Shown here one piece after another: positions 26,084 to 38,572 of a DNA stretch of 64,000 bases. Below the pieces are notes generated by a model. It made no database searches and had not been told where the DNA came from. It saw only the letters and a program-made list of their open reading frames with translations. Every line of letters begins with the position of its first letter. The stretch's first letter is position 1. This DNA is from Fimicolochytrium jonesii (Eukaryota), in the NCBI RefSeq assembly GCF_025526975.1, contig NW_026515677.1:310001-374000 (forward strand), in the 5' to 3' direction. The position numbers and the translations under genes are program-made.

Positions 26084-29000
26084 ATGGGTGATCTCTGGTC
26101 CTTGCTAACACGGCGCTCTAGCGCTTCAGGTGAGTCCGAAGGATATCCTACTGTGGGAGCGAGAGAGAGCGTCCTCACCAACTGTTCCCTGTTTCCAGGT
26201 CGTCTGTTCAAGAGGCTCGATAGCATTTCTTCGAGGCTTTTTTATCGACATGGCTTATTTTGTGCCTCTCACCCATACCTGACGCTGTTCTTCTCGTTCG
26301 TTCTCATGTTCTTCCTGTCGTCCCCTGTTATCCTGCAACTATACGGGCACCTTACACAGCCACCACAGCCAGTACCTACGCTTCTATGGGAGACGTCGGC
26401 CTCTCACTTCTCGTCCGGTCTGTCCCACGTGAAGGAGAAGTTTGGGACAGAGCCATACTTGCGTCTGGAGCAGATAGTCGTCAACGTGACGGGCCTGCCG
26501 TCAGACGGAGGAAGCGATAGGGGGGTTTTGAGTGATAGCATACTCGCTTATGCCATGTCACTGCACGAAGCGATCTCACGGACTGTAGTGGACGGCTCCT
26601 CCGGCGGCCTGGGCAACCAGAAAAAGTTCTCGCTAGCCGACATCTGCTATATGCCACCGGGTATCGAAAGATGCCTCGTGCACTCCCCACTGGAATATTG
26701 GGGATCCGAAAGTGAACGCTTCGCGAAGGATGTGGATCATCTGGCGACGGTATCCGACAGCAGCATACTATCCTCGTTAGGGATACCGATCCCTTTAGAA
26801 TCAGTCTTTAGTGGGCTGCGGTTTGATGCCGCATCCCGCAAAGTCATTGGAGCAGAGTCATTACTTTTCACATATTTCCTTTCGAGCAAACCTCCGGAAG
26901 AACAATTGCAAGCCAGAATTCCGGATGTTTGGGATAGACTATGGACCGAAGCGTTCAAAAGCACTCGGCATTTCACCACCAGCATCGGCGCGAGCGAAGC
27001 ACTGAAGCCAACCGAATGGCGCTCAGACGGTGCGCCGCGTCTTCTTTACTACGAGGTACGGAAACGGCGTCACACCCCTTTCAAGCTCGGCTGTGTCATA
27101 ACACTTTTCGTTGCAGTTCGGCTCATCAACGTCCATTTTCACTGGCGAATCACTTGTACTCGGCGTGATGTACATCATTGTATTTCTGTACATTTCGCTT
27201 GTACTGGGAAAAGTGGACTTGGTGAAATCCAAGTTTGCGCTAGGCTTCGGTGCCGTTATCACGGTGTTCACCGGACTTGTTATGTCCGTCGGGCTCTGCT
27301 CATTTCTTGGGGTCCAGACTTCGCTGGTGCCATGGTAAGGAGATCACGTTGTTCTAAAGCAGAGATCGTCTCAGCTGACTCGTTCACTGTTCCAGGGAGG
27401 CATTACCGTTTCTTCTCATCGTGGTGGGCATGGAGAACATCTTTGTCCTCACAAACTCGGTCGTCATGACTTCGCTCGACTTACCTGTGAAAGAACGTGT
27501 CGGCATTGGACTGAGCAAAGTCGGCGCCTCTATGACCGCGTCCCTCGGCGGCGAAATGTGCCTTCTGCTTCTCGCGTCTCTGACGAGCATTCCTACGCTG
27601 CAGGTAGGAGCTGGAGTAATGCAGTCCTTCCGTCAAACAACGTTTTGATCATCCGGGCGCCTTTCAGGAATTCTGCCTTTTTGGGGCCGTGTCCCTGGTC
27701 ATGGATTACTTCATGCAGATCACTTTTTTCGTCACAATTTTGTCGATTGATATTCGGCGGTTAGAGGTTTGTTCACGCATGGAGTCGGTATCGGGTCAAG
27801 ATCGCCTTCTCACGCTGTCTTAGCTGTCAGATTTGCACAACGTCCGAAGTGTAGGTGGTAATCTGACGGGACGCAGGGCATCGACCGCTACGACCGGCGC
27901 CGTGGACTCTGAATCAACAGCAGAGGACTCCACCGAGAGTGAACAATCCCCAAGTCAGAGACCTCATTGGGGAAGCTATTTAATTGTAAGTTGACTTCTC
28001 GTCCCGAAACTTGGATCAATCATGCTTACCGCTCGGTATTCGTAGATATTAGCTTTGGTGTCGGTTCTTGGACTTGGCCTATCGGGATCTTCCACATCCT
28101 CCCTGTGGGCAGAGAACAGCATCAGCGCCACAGTCTTGGGCAAGAAGGGCCTTTTGTCCGATACATCCTGTGAGAACTCCGTCTGTTCCACTGCGAATGC
28201 CTTTTGGCACATCATCGACCCTGACAGATCGGCGAAGTACGTTGAAATTGGATCGCCGCAGTATGTTTCCTTTGAGACATCGAGCGATAGGTCGTTCGCC
28301 AAGCCGGACGTTGCATATCAACCGTCGCCGTCCTCGTCATCGTTACCATTCCCTTCGAGCGGATACGCATCTCCGACAAGCGGTTCACTAGCAAGTTCAC
28401 TCCAGTGGGTGCAACACGCGCATCCTGTCTTTTTCATGATCGTGGTTGTGTTGTCTCTGCTCCTCTTTGTCGTCGTTTGTTTGTTCATCAGCAGCCTTGC
28501 ACAATGGGCTTCGGCAGCTGCCTCAGGGCAGTCTCTCCGACGAGACAGCGTTGCGTCGGAAGCAAGCCAGGCATCATCGTCACCACCTGAATCGCAATCA
28601 ATAGATGGGTCCGCGATTGATACAGTCCCCGCCGGCGGCTGCGAGGACGTGGAATATTTGATTTCCACGTCTGACTTTGTCGTTTGGATTCAAGGAGGAG
28701 GGCAGCGCGTTCGCTATATGAACAAAGCGGACCCACAGCAAACCTTTGCCGTCGGAAGAGTTCGAAATCGCAGTCGTATTACGACAATCGCGGTTCATAA
28801 GGTGTCAGAAAAAGCAATCTGGATCGCATCGGGGACAGATTCGGGATCCGTCGAAGTTTGGGATGCGAGCGCAAAAGTTTTTCTATTGGAAGACGGCTCG
28901 CTACCAAAAGGGCGGATAACGACTCTGGCGTTTGGACCTGGAGGCGCAGACGCGTTGTTATTTGCGGGGACAGCCGATGGATCTCTCAAAGTGATTTTCC

Positions 29001-30778
29001 CCGCTCCACCAGGGATGTCGATAGGGCCACCCAAGCGTCTGCCGACCTACGTTTGTCGAAAGCACAGTGGTGCCATACTTACTCTTCACGTGGATTCGTA
29101 CGGCACGCTTTACAGCGCCTCTGAAGATTCCACGATAAAGTGTTGGTCAGCACGCCGAAATGGATACGGAAGTCCGGAATGGATCCCCTTCCATACCTTC
29201 TTTGGTCATCAAGGCCATGTGACCGCTTTAGCATCCGATCAACAAGGTCGTATCTTGGCGAGCGGGGCCTCGACGGGCGAACTAATCATCTGGGATGTCG
29301 AGCGTCGGAGCTTGCTGGTCAAGATCGTTCCAGGTGATACTCTTGGAAGCGAGGCGCCGTCCGGGCATAACGGGCCGGTAACACAGGTTTATTTGACTCA
29401 AACAAGCGAAACGTTGACCTCCACCACTCACATGATATGCAGCGCCGCCAAGGATGAGGAAGCGATAGTATGGGAGTACACATCCGCGCGACGGGACGAG
29501 ACGGGGCAGAGCGCGAACCGAAACCGTAGCACGAGTGCCCCTCCACCAATGGGCACGCGTGCAGCTTTGACGCGGAGAGACTCCTTTGCATCTCGAGACC
29601 CTGTCGTTTTGTCGAAGCAGCAGATAACCGATCTCATGGTCGACGAGAGCCAAAACGCTCTCCCACCGGCGAGCCTTCGTCAAGTCGGTCGCATACGGCA
29701 GACAGGGGCAGTCAACGTAGCTATGGCGGGCACAGTTTTGTTTGGGGTGTGCACGCGTGCTCCAGCAGAGAAGGGGGAGTCGAGGACGCAGGATTTTGGG
29801 AACTATTTAAAGTGCATCCTCGGTCTCCCCAACTCGCAACCGCCAAGCAAGACTGACGACCGTCGCGACAGCAAAGGCTGGGTATGGACGGTGTGGATGG
29901 TAGATGTCCGGACATGGAAAGGGGATCTGTCCGAGCTACAGACCGTGGTGATTGGGGAAGACAAGCTCAAAGGGTTGGGGTCTGACCCTCTTCTAGGGGT
30001 CTTATTACCGAGTCCAAGCGCGTCAAAACCGCCAGCGGAAAGCGGTGTGAGACGGCGACGTGTGATCAAAGCCACACGAGAACCGTCGTCAGACAACGAA
30101 TCCTATGCGGTTCGGAAACCTCCGCGGGCACCGCCACCCTCGAATCAGTGTCGGTCGAGTAATCAACGGCGCCCTGACTCACTGGGGCCCACGTCTGCTC
30201 CGGCTGCCATGGGCCGACCACGCCACGTACGGGCTGGCTCGAACGATCATGCCGATGTTTTGAGAACATCGGACCATGAGGCAGGCTGGACGGGTTCCAG
30301 AGACCAATCTGTTCCGCGCTCGGCTACTATAGGAAAGCCTTCCGCGCCAACGCCGAACCTGGGCAGAGACCTGCTCACATCTCCGATGCCCGCGTCTTCT
30401 GGTCCCCAAGACCAGACTTGGGAAGATCAGCAGCGCAGAGACGCCAAAATCTCATCCTCAGATTCCGGATCTGGCCATACCGAATCGAGCGACCTATCAT
30501 CGGCCTCCACCGTAACCAACTCATCTGACGACTCCTCAAGCTCAGAAAACGATTCTGATATCGATGATCCATGTAAGGTAGGCTGGGAAGCCGACGAAGC
30601 GCCGGCGCCTGTGCTGCAAGTGCGGTCCCTCTCGGCTTCCGACTCGGGAGTCGCAGTAGCATTTGGGAACTGCATCAAACTCATATCGATGACTGATCGG
30701 GCAGGCAGTGCTGGAGAACGCAGGAGCAGCCTCGGCTCTTGGAGGAAGTCAGGAGGGGACACTTGGAAGTGCGGCTGA
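26084..30778 (+). CDS. SCAP: SREBP cleavage-activating protein (sterol-sensing domain plus WD40 repeats)
   Basis: [13 protein letters not shown]-terminal [12 protein letters not shown] lumenal loop; [16 protein letters not shown]...[26 protein letters not shown]-terminal WD40 repeats ([34 protein letters not shown]). Confidence 0.88.
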
Positions 30779-31025
30779 CAGGCTGCCATCCTCTGAGATG
30801 AACCGGCTGGGTGGCTCTAACATTCACTTGTACATATTAGACTTTGGCACGTGTGAAAATAGAAGGATTTTTGATTTGGCGTGGATTCTGATCCATAGCA
30901 CCTGCTACCATCATTTTTGTCCCAATGCCACTTTTCCATAAGCTCAAACGTGTGATGATGAATGTCCGCCGTGAACCGGCTATGCAATGTGCGTGCTCAA
31001 CAGTGCTCTACATAGTAGGTATGAA

Positions 31026-32410
31026 TCACAGAATACGATTCAGGATCAGTTTGCTCCCTTCTACACCGCCGAAGAAGGCGGCACTCGCGGGAAACGCCCT
31101 GATGAGAGTCGGCCGAAGTCCGCGGAAGAGCGCTTGCGGTCCACCTTCGGCCAAGATTTGTCGGAAGCATTGCGCTAGCGATCCTGAGGATCCAGCACTA
31201 GATTGGAAGCGGGACTTCACCGTATCTGGCGTGATGATGTTAGGATAAGAGGCCTGAGACGAAGCCGGGATGCATTTGAAAAGGTCATAGTAATACCTAT
31301 TGGGATGGCCACTGCAACGGAAAAGGATGAACCATATCTCGATCAGTAACGCATCCTACACAGTTAGGATAAACCATAATCTCGATCATCCCCCACAGGG
31401 GTTTTGTCGTCGAGTGCTGTCCTTACCTGTCCAATTGACCATTCCAGCGAGACCTGCCAAGTTTCCCATTCACATCAGTACAGGGCTACGGGAGCCTATA
31501 GCTTACCATTCACTTACCCCCCGACAAGAGCACAGTAGCCGGATTCAACTGAGCATCGATCCCCGTCGTCAGCCCTCTCTTAATAGCCTCATACGTCGCA
31601 AAGTAAAAGAAGCTCCCCGGCACATCCCGCATCAACGTCAACCCTGTGCCTCTAAACAAGCCCCGCACCCCCGACTGGTTCACGATATCCCCCATGACCG
31701 CAAAAGCACCCTTCGAGGCTCCCGCCTTCGCCAGCTGCAGCCGGATTTTCACTTGCTCGGCAGGTCCAAGGATGAGCGATGTAGGCACAGCTGAGAAGGC
31801 GCCTGCTAACCCGACTTGGCCCAAGCTGAGGGTATCGATCAGCTCCGCTGATGGATTCGGGTGCGCGGGGCCGCCCGTGAAGTCGCGGACCAGGACCTGC
31901 CCCATGTAGTAAGCCCACAGACACGTTGCTAGGACTGGCTATAACGAGCCGCGTTGAAATTCATCGCAGAAAAGAAAATTGCAGACACGGCCAACCGTCA
32001 GTTGTGGTGGGTGAGAAACACAAGGACCACGGAAAGAATGGCACTTCGATGACCCTTCATGAACGTACGGGAGCAGCGCCGAATACGGGAACAGCACCCT
32101 TGTAGAGTCCTCTTATTCCGTTCTCGGCAAAGATCGTCCGCATCACTTGGAAGGTGGACTTGCTGTGCATGTTTTCTCCCGACGTTTGCATCAAGACTTT
32201 CGTCAAATCGAATGGATGGGATGCCCCAACCTACAAAGAGATAGAAAATCAGCCGAAATTCCGGCGTTGGCCTTCGCAGGTACATTCGGGTCTCCCTGCC
32301 CACATCCTCGTCCATATGCTCACCATCGCGAAGCCACCACAGCCCCCCGCCAGAAACGACTTGAGCGCGGCATTCTTCTGCGTTGCCACTAATGGCTCCT
32401 TGGTTCCCAT
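31026..32410 (-). CDS. Mitochondrial carrier, carnitine/acylcarnitine-carrier-like, multi-exon
   Basis: KSFLAGGCGG, HPFDLTKV, GLYKG, PAEQVKIRLQ, LMRDVPGSFFYFATYE, LFRGLRPTLIRAFPASAAFF; ATG at 32410. Confidence 0.85.
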
Positions 32411-32938
32411 GGTGCTTCTGTCCTGTGCGCTGTCAGAACGCTTGTGCCGTCCTTGCGAGTTGCGTGGTCGGAATTTGAAAAGCCACGTTCCAGCTTTTTC
32501 AACCTTTTCGAACGCGTCGTTTACCGAAAACGACAGACGGGCATACTGCTTGAAAGGGAAGCGGAAATTGCGAGAGATCTCAAAGGTGCATATGGGGAAA
32601 AGAAACTAGAGACCGGAAAAGGAGCGGGCATACTCGGGCTGTGTGCGCGGCTTGGAGGTCGGAAAACGTCCAGCGTATGGAAAAGCGTAGGATAGGGATC
32701 AAATAAGTAGTCGGATTTTCAAATCGCAATGGAAAAGCTTCTCCACAGAGTTCTATTACTTTCAATCAGCAGAGCATTCAATGGCCGCAATACGATGTAT
32801 TCGTTTATGCTCTATCTACATGCCAGACTCTGTTTACATTCTATGACTGGTGTCCAGATTGTCTTTCTATATATTTACTGGGCATCTCAAAAGGTATATA
32901 CACTTTCTACATCCTCGGTACGTATACGCCTTTCAGAT

Positions 32939-34249
32939 TTAGATGTGCTCAATCTTTGCCGAGGCGAGGGAGCCGCAGGCGCGCTTGGCAGCGGGGCTCG
33001 CCGGGTCAAGCTTGCCGGGCTCGTCGCCGCTATCGTTGCCCTCGAACGGGGTGCAGAGACTCTTCACGTCGGAGACGGCGATCGTCTGGATGGTAGCGAC
33101 ATCACCAAAGTTGGCATTGACACCAGCGAGAACCTTTCCGCCGATGGCGACGACGTTGTTCATCGAGATGGTACGCTTGCCCTGCTTCTTGCAGTTTCCG
33201 CAAGAGCGGTATAGCTTTCCGAAGTTCTCCGCGGCGAACCCTTCGACGTGGATGTTGCCGATTCCGTTGTGTTGCATCACTTTGTCCGCGGCGTCGCGCG
33301 CGCCTCCTCCAATAACTTGAGCGTCGCCGTCACCCTTGAACGTCAAGGCATCCTCGCAGACGGCCTCCCAGTAGACGTTGATGATCTTGCATGATCCCAT
33401 GCAGTGAACACCTTCGATCTGATCCGCTCCGATCAACACGTTTTGCAGAGTGGCGCCGTCCTCTACCTGGAAAACGGCATCCTTGTTGCCGCCTTCCGCT
33501 TGGCCAGTGCATTTGACACCGCGGCCGAAACGCTTGTATCCTCCGTCAAAGACAGTGCCGGCGGGGACGATGTGGGGCGCGTTGAAGGTGACGGAGCCCT
33601 TGGCCTCGGGGAAGACGACGCCGGTGTTCAGAGGACCGCCGGAGGGAGGGTTGGTGGGGGCAGAGGTGGGCTGCGGGGGCGCAACGGTCGTGGTCGGCTT
33701 GGGCGCAGCGGTCTTGGGGGGCTTGGGGCTGCCGCCACTAGGCTTGCTGAGTTCCAACTGGATGCTTCCCTGGTTGTGAACTCCCCTGATGTCAGAGCCA
33801 CCTTCGCCGGTGACGATACCGGACTGGCCGGCTCCACATTTGTTGATGACGCTCTTCAAGAGCTTCTCGATGCGTCCCTTGGAGATAGCGATGGATTCAC
33901 CGCCACCTACGGCGGTAACGGTTACCTTGCATTTGCCGGAGGTCGAAGAAAGGGTCTTGCCGGCGGAGGTGAGTAGCTGGTTGACTTTGCCAGTAAGAGT
34001 ACGGCCGTTATCGGACTTTAGCGTCAGCAAAGCGACGTTGCACTACATTTGAAAGGATCGACGAGAACGTGAGCAATGTGATGTAAAGACAGTCTATGGA
34101 ACAACAGGAATAGCACTCACGTCGTGGAAATCCAAGGCGCGCTTCGTGCACTTGGGCGCAATGTTGATGAGCTCGCGGCTCTCGATAGCGGCAGCGCTAA
34201 CGACTGCAGCGGAAGCCACCAAGGCGAGGGAGAGAAGCTTAATTTGCAT
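32939..34249 (-). CDS. Secreted pectate lyase (PL3) with an N-terminal Cys-containing module and Pro/Thr linker
   Basis: Signal peptide MQIKLLSLALVASAAVVSA; intron 34043-34120; PL3 motifs FDGGYKRFGRG, ATLQNVLIG, EGVHC, VYWEAVCEDALT, AADKVMQHNG, GKLYRSCGNC. Confidence 0.92.
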
Positions 34250-34327
34250 ATCGAGAAGGTCGTGTCGTTGAAGGTAACTTGTATGAGGAAGCCTTGAAGG
34301 GAAAGTTCCGTCAACACCGGCTCCTGC

Positions 34328-34335
34328 CTTTTATA
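34328..34335 (-). promoter_or_regulatory. Putative TATA box of the pectate lyase gene
   Basis: TATAAAAG on the minus strand about 80 bp upstream of the ATG. Confidence 0.55.
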
Positions 34336-35105
34336 CATTTTGTTTCTTGTACAACAGATTGATCTCGTCATTTTCAAAAACGTTTGCAAAACAATTATTT
34401 CCAACCCCCATGGGTCACCGCTTATAGAAACACCGCTCTTGTGTCGTTCCGGTTTACAAGCCTTTTCCACCGGCAAAGAAGTGGTACCGACCGTATCATA
34501 TTCCTCATATCGTTACTACCCTTGGCATCCCAAGTTGGTCTCCTGTGATGATTTATCCCATCCCACTGCCTTTCCAGGTCGGTGGAAAGGCTGTCGAGAC
34601 TGTCGAAAAGCAACAATGGGTTACAACAGAATGCGTTAAATTTTGACATGATCCAGATGAATTTTGCAGCGGTCGGGACAGCAAGGAACGGCGTTGATTG
34701 GTTGCCAGCTCTTCCGCCGTAACCGGCCGCAAGTCTGAATCGTATGTGCAGCTTGCAAACGCCAGCACGAGTCGCCGGGATCCTCTCTTGGCCAATGCCA
34801 ATGGGTCGGCTCTGGATTCACCACGGACCGAGATTAAGCTCCAGGGTGTTATTGGTGCACATTCAAATTAGTCTGGCCGCTCCGAAAGAACGTTCTGGTT
34901 AAACTTTTATTCCTAAAGGTTGTTTCAAGTTTTGGGGTTCAACAAAAGCGGGGCCCGCCAAGATCGCCAAAAATGTTTTAAAACGGTCATGTGGCATTCC
35001 GGTCCCAGATGATGATTGGTGGACGTGGTGCTGACGTTGAACTTCCGTCCCTACGTTCGACCCCATCACCATCTTCAAATTCCACATAACGCTTATACTG
35101 TAGAA

Positions 35106-36292
35106 ATGTCGGAAGCAGCGTCGCGGAGTTTCAGAGCTCGGGCTCCCTTCCGAGACCGGTAAGGCCACCGCAGGAAGGGATGCCCGGGCGACATACAGCT
35201 CACCTTTTCCTCGAAGAGTCGACGCCGGAAACCAACTTGCAGCCGACCCTCGATTGGGAACTCTCGCAGGTCGAGATGATACCATCATTTTGGCCCTGCC
35301 GCGTGGAGGGGTGCCTGTGGCTTTCCAGTACGTCTTCGGAACTGAAGACCCTCGTAAACTTTTACGGAATCGCGCGACGTGAGAAGATTGAGTACTCAAA
35401 TATGAGATGAATTTCTCGCACGATAGGATCGCACAACGCTTGAACCTCCCGCTGGATCTGATGCTGGTGCGAAAAATCGGCCTTCCGTTCCACGAGGAGA
35501 CGGCGATGGGGGCCATGTAAGCCACACCTCTCTCGAGAGCACTTTACAATTATGCGGGACTACCCTACTTTTGTTGTGGGCACTAGCGCTATGGGCGACG
35601 TGACATACCTCAACCCAGCGATGATCGCAGCTATGCGCGTGACGGATGCACAAGTGCAGGCTGTCCTGAAGAAGGAGGTTTGAATACCATTCCGAGAACT
35701 AGGGATCCTTGACCGGCGAGAAGCCTGATTGGTTCATTTTCCCCCGGACCGAAGACGGCAGAGCTCCATCGACGGAACATGCACTATCGGCAAGGCAAAC
35801 CCTATCCCGACTTGAAAGATAAGAACGTCATTATCGTTGACGGTAGGCTGTCGCAACGAAAAGACCCCAGGCCTTCTTCAACTATATTCACAGGACCGGG
35901 ATCATCCACACTAGACGGCATCGCAACAGGATCCACCCTTCGCGCCGCCATCCTGTCCGTTCGCGAACACGGACCAACACGTGTGGTCGCTGCTGCACCC
36001 GTCGGGCCACCCGACTCGGTAGCTGAGTTGGCGAAAATCGCGGACGAGGTCGTGTGTCTGCAGGTGAAGGAGCCTTTTAATGCCGTGGGGATGTGGTGAG
36101 TGTGCCACGAGCATCTAGTCCTTCACTGCTCGAAATCATGCATTTACGATCTTCATGATTCCTCGTTACTCGTCATCGCGCCATGCCCCTATTCTTCCAA
36201 ACAGGTATCAACTTTTCCCCCAAACAGAAGACGAGGAAGTCCTAGAGCTCCTGCACAGGGCAGAAAGCTTTGGGCGAAAGAAAGAGGAATGA
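35106..36292 (+). CDS. Type I phosphoribosyltransferase-like protein of the bacterial FxDRxxAG...LPRGGVPV family, multi-exon
   Basis: Spliced reading: [64 protein letters not shown] (PRPP motif), [39 protein letters not shown]. Confidence 0.85.
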
Positions 36293-36741
36293 AAAAGACG
36301 GCGTAAAATCCCTCCTAACGTACCCATAGGCGTGAGCAGTCTGAACTCGTTCGTTTCGGACTGAGGTGCCTGTCATGGGAGGTGTCGGTGCTCACCCTTC
36401 ATGGAGGCGTTGATGTGCTACGGGAAGGGAGTGGTTTTGCGCGATCTGGTTGCGTGCGCATCGTATTGATAGGCGCCTGGTTCGGAAGTTCTTTGGCGCT
36501 GTCGCATGGCGGTGGGCGAATCGAATCTGGGAGTGGTTTGCATGTTATGTTCAGGCGGGGCCGTCTGTATTTGAACGGCCTCTCGCTTTTTGTTGTCAGC
36601 TATGCTGGCACCTATGCAACTAAAATGTCGTTGACTCTGGAAAAGAGAGTTCAATGTGAATTGTACACACCCTAGGGCGATGCGAACATGAGAAAATATA
36701 CAAGAAGGAACCGCCCACACCACTAATCCTGCCGTCCACTC

Positions 36742-37921
36742 TCATGAACTGTCGGCGCCTCCCTCCGCTATCCGATCCACAATCTTCAAGACCACCAAAT
36801 ACACCAACACCGCCATAAGCAGTATCCGCCACACATTGCTTCGCACGTTCTGCCACACCGTCCCCACCACCCCAACCGCACCGGCTCTCCTTGCCATAGC
36901 ACCCTCACGCGGCTGTTGGGTTTCCGACGTTTTTTTTTTCGTGTTGGGTGTTGTTGCGATTGGTGTGGCTGATGTTGCGGATGCTGGGGATGTAGCAGGT
37001 GTGTTGCGCTGGTGGAGACCACCGGTTGATGGGGAAGGGACCGGGGTCGATGGAGCAGCTGGTGTTGTGGGCGTCGTTGTCGGTGGTGCATTTGGTAAGG
37101 GAGCGAGTTCGGGTGTGCATAGTTCCGGGAATACCTCTGGAAAATTTGGTTGGAGGTCAATAATGGTCCGCAAAACGAGTTTCCCACATGGCTTTGCTAT
37201 TTATGCGAGCGGATGAACCACCGCTTACCTCGGAAGCGGGGATTGCGTAGATTTATCGCATGCGACCTAACTGCGTGCAGCTTTTTCTCCTCCAATGTTG
37301 TCTTGATGCTTCCGGTTGTTGATGCGTCCTCCACCTACGTAACGGGGATCCTGGGAATGAGTCCCTATCAAGATTTCCGAACGATGTGATCCAAGGACAT
37401 TACCATGAAGCTCAGCAACCCGGTCAAGATCGTCGCTACACTCCATGCCGGATTCCATGTGTTGCCTAATGAAATGGTATACACAAATCAGATCGAGTCG
37501 CTTTTGACGCAAACACAGGTTACCCCAGATCGTCGAAATCAAAGAATTTCGTCAACTCACGGTGGTAGGTAGTCATACTAAGGCAAAGCTTATAATCCGT
37601 TTGAAACCGTCCGTTTGGCGTGAGCATCTTGATATCCGGCGGGCTGAATGGGTAATCTGCGGGGAAAAGCACTTTGCCATGATATTCACCGCCAGCGTAG
37701 GGGGAGCCCGGAGGGCCGCGGATAACGTAGTGCCTGGAATTGAAATTGATTCAGGAACGTACAGTAGGCTCTTCGAATATCGACCGAATGGCAATGTCCA
37801 TGGAGACTTACCACTCTAGAATGTTGTTCTCCAAAGGCTTTGCCACAATGTAAGGGACTGGATCCTTCTGTAGCACCGCATACTCCTTCGTCAAACGCTT
37901 GAGGGCTGCCTTCGAAGCCAT
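36742..37921 (-). CDS. UBC6: Ubiquitin-conjugating enzyme E2, Ubc6/UBE2J2 type, tail-anchored
   Basis: MASKAALKRLTKEY, PLENNILEW, PYAGGEYHGK, MLTPNGRFQ, LCLSM, WNPAWSVATILTGLLSFM, C-terminal hydrophobic anchor. Confidence 0.92.
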
Positions 37922-38572
37922 AATTGTATTCTGTCGCTGTGTTTTCCCACTCGGAAGGTTGGGTGGCTCCGTTGTCAATCTTCTGGGAAAGCACGAAGGC
38001 GGAGCGTCTTCCAAACAGAAGCTATGCCAGAATTTCCGACGATAGAGAAGTAGGCCAACAGAGGTACGGGTTGCGTAGACCAGGTAGTGTTGCGAAAGGT
38101 CTGGCTGGTGGGGAAAGCCTGTGAAGTCTGTGAAGTCGAAGTTTGATGAACTGACATCGCAGCCAAGCCGCGTCTGCCGCGTGTTGCGCAAGGTTATATG
38201 CCTCTGAAAACCACCTGATAAACAGCCAAGCTTTCCAATCGAGAAGGCGGTGAACTGAGCTGGCCAAAGGGAAACCTTCCTCCTTCCGATATATCTGGTC
38301 GTTCCAATCGAACGTCTCGTTACTTTTTCCTACATAATCTCTGCTAGCAGGCACAAGGATCGTCCTCTCATATAGAAACTATGTAGTTCTGTCATGATGG
38401 AACAACGTACGCCGTTTGCACTTATTGGCTCAACCTACAGTCACTCATAACACTCCTATCTAAGCTACAGGATAGGTGTAGTCAGGTATCTCCGCTTCGT
38501 CATCTGAACTCCTGTGAATCATGAGGACCTTCCGATCCTAGCATCGACTGCGAAGGAAAAGTGGCGTTCTCC

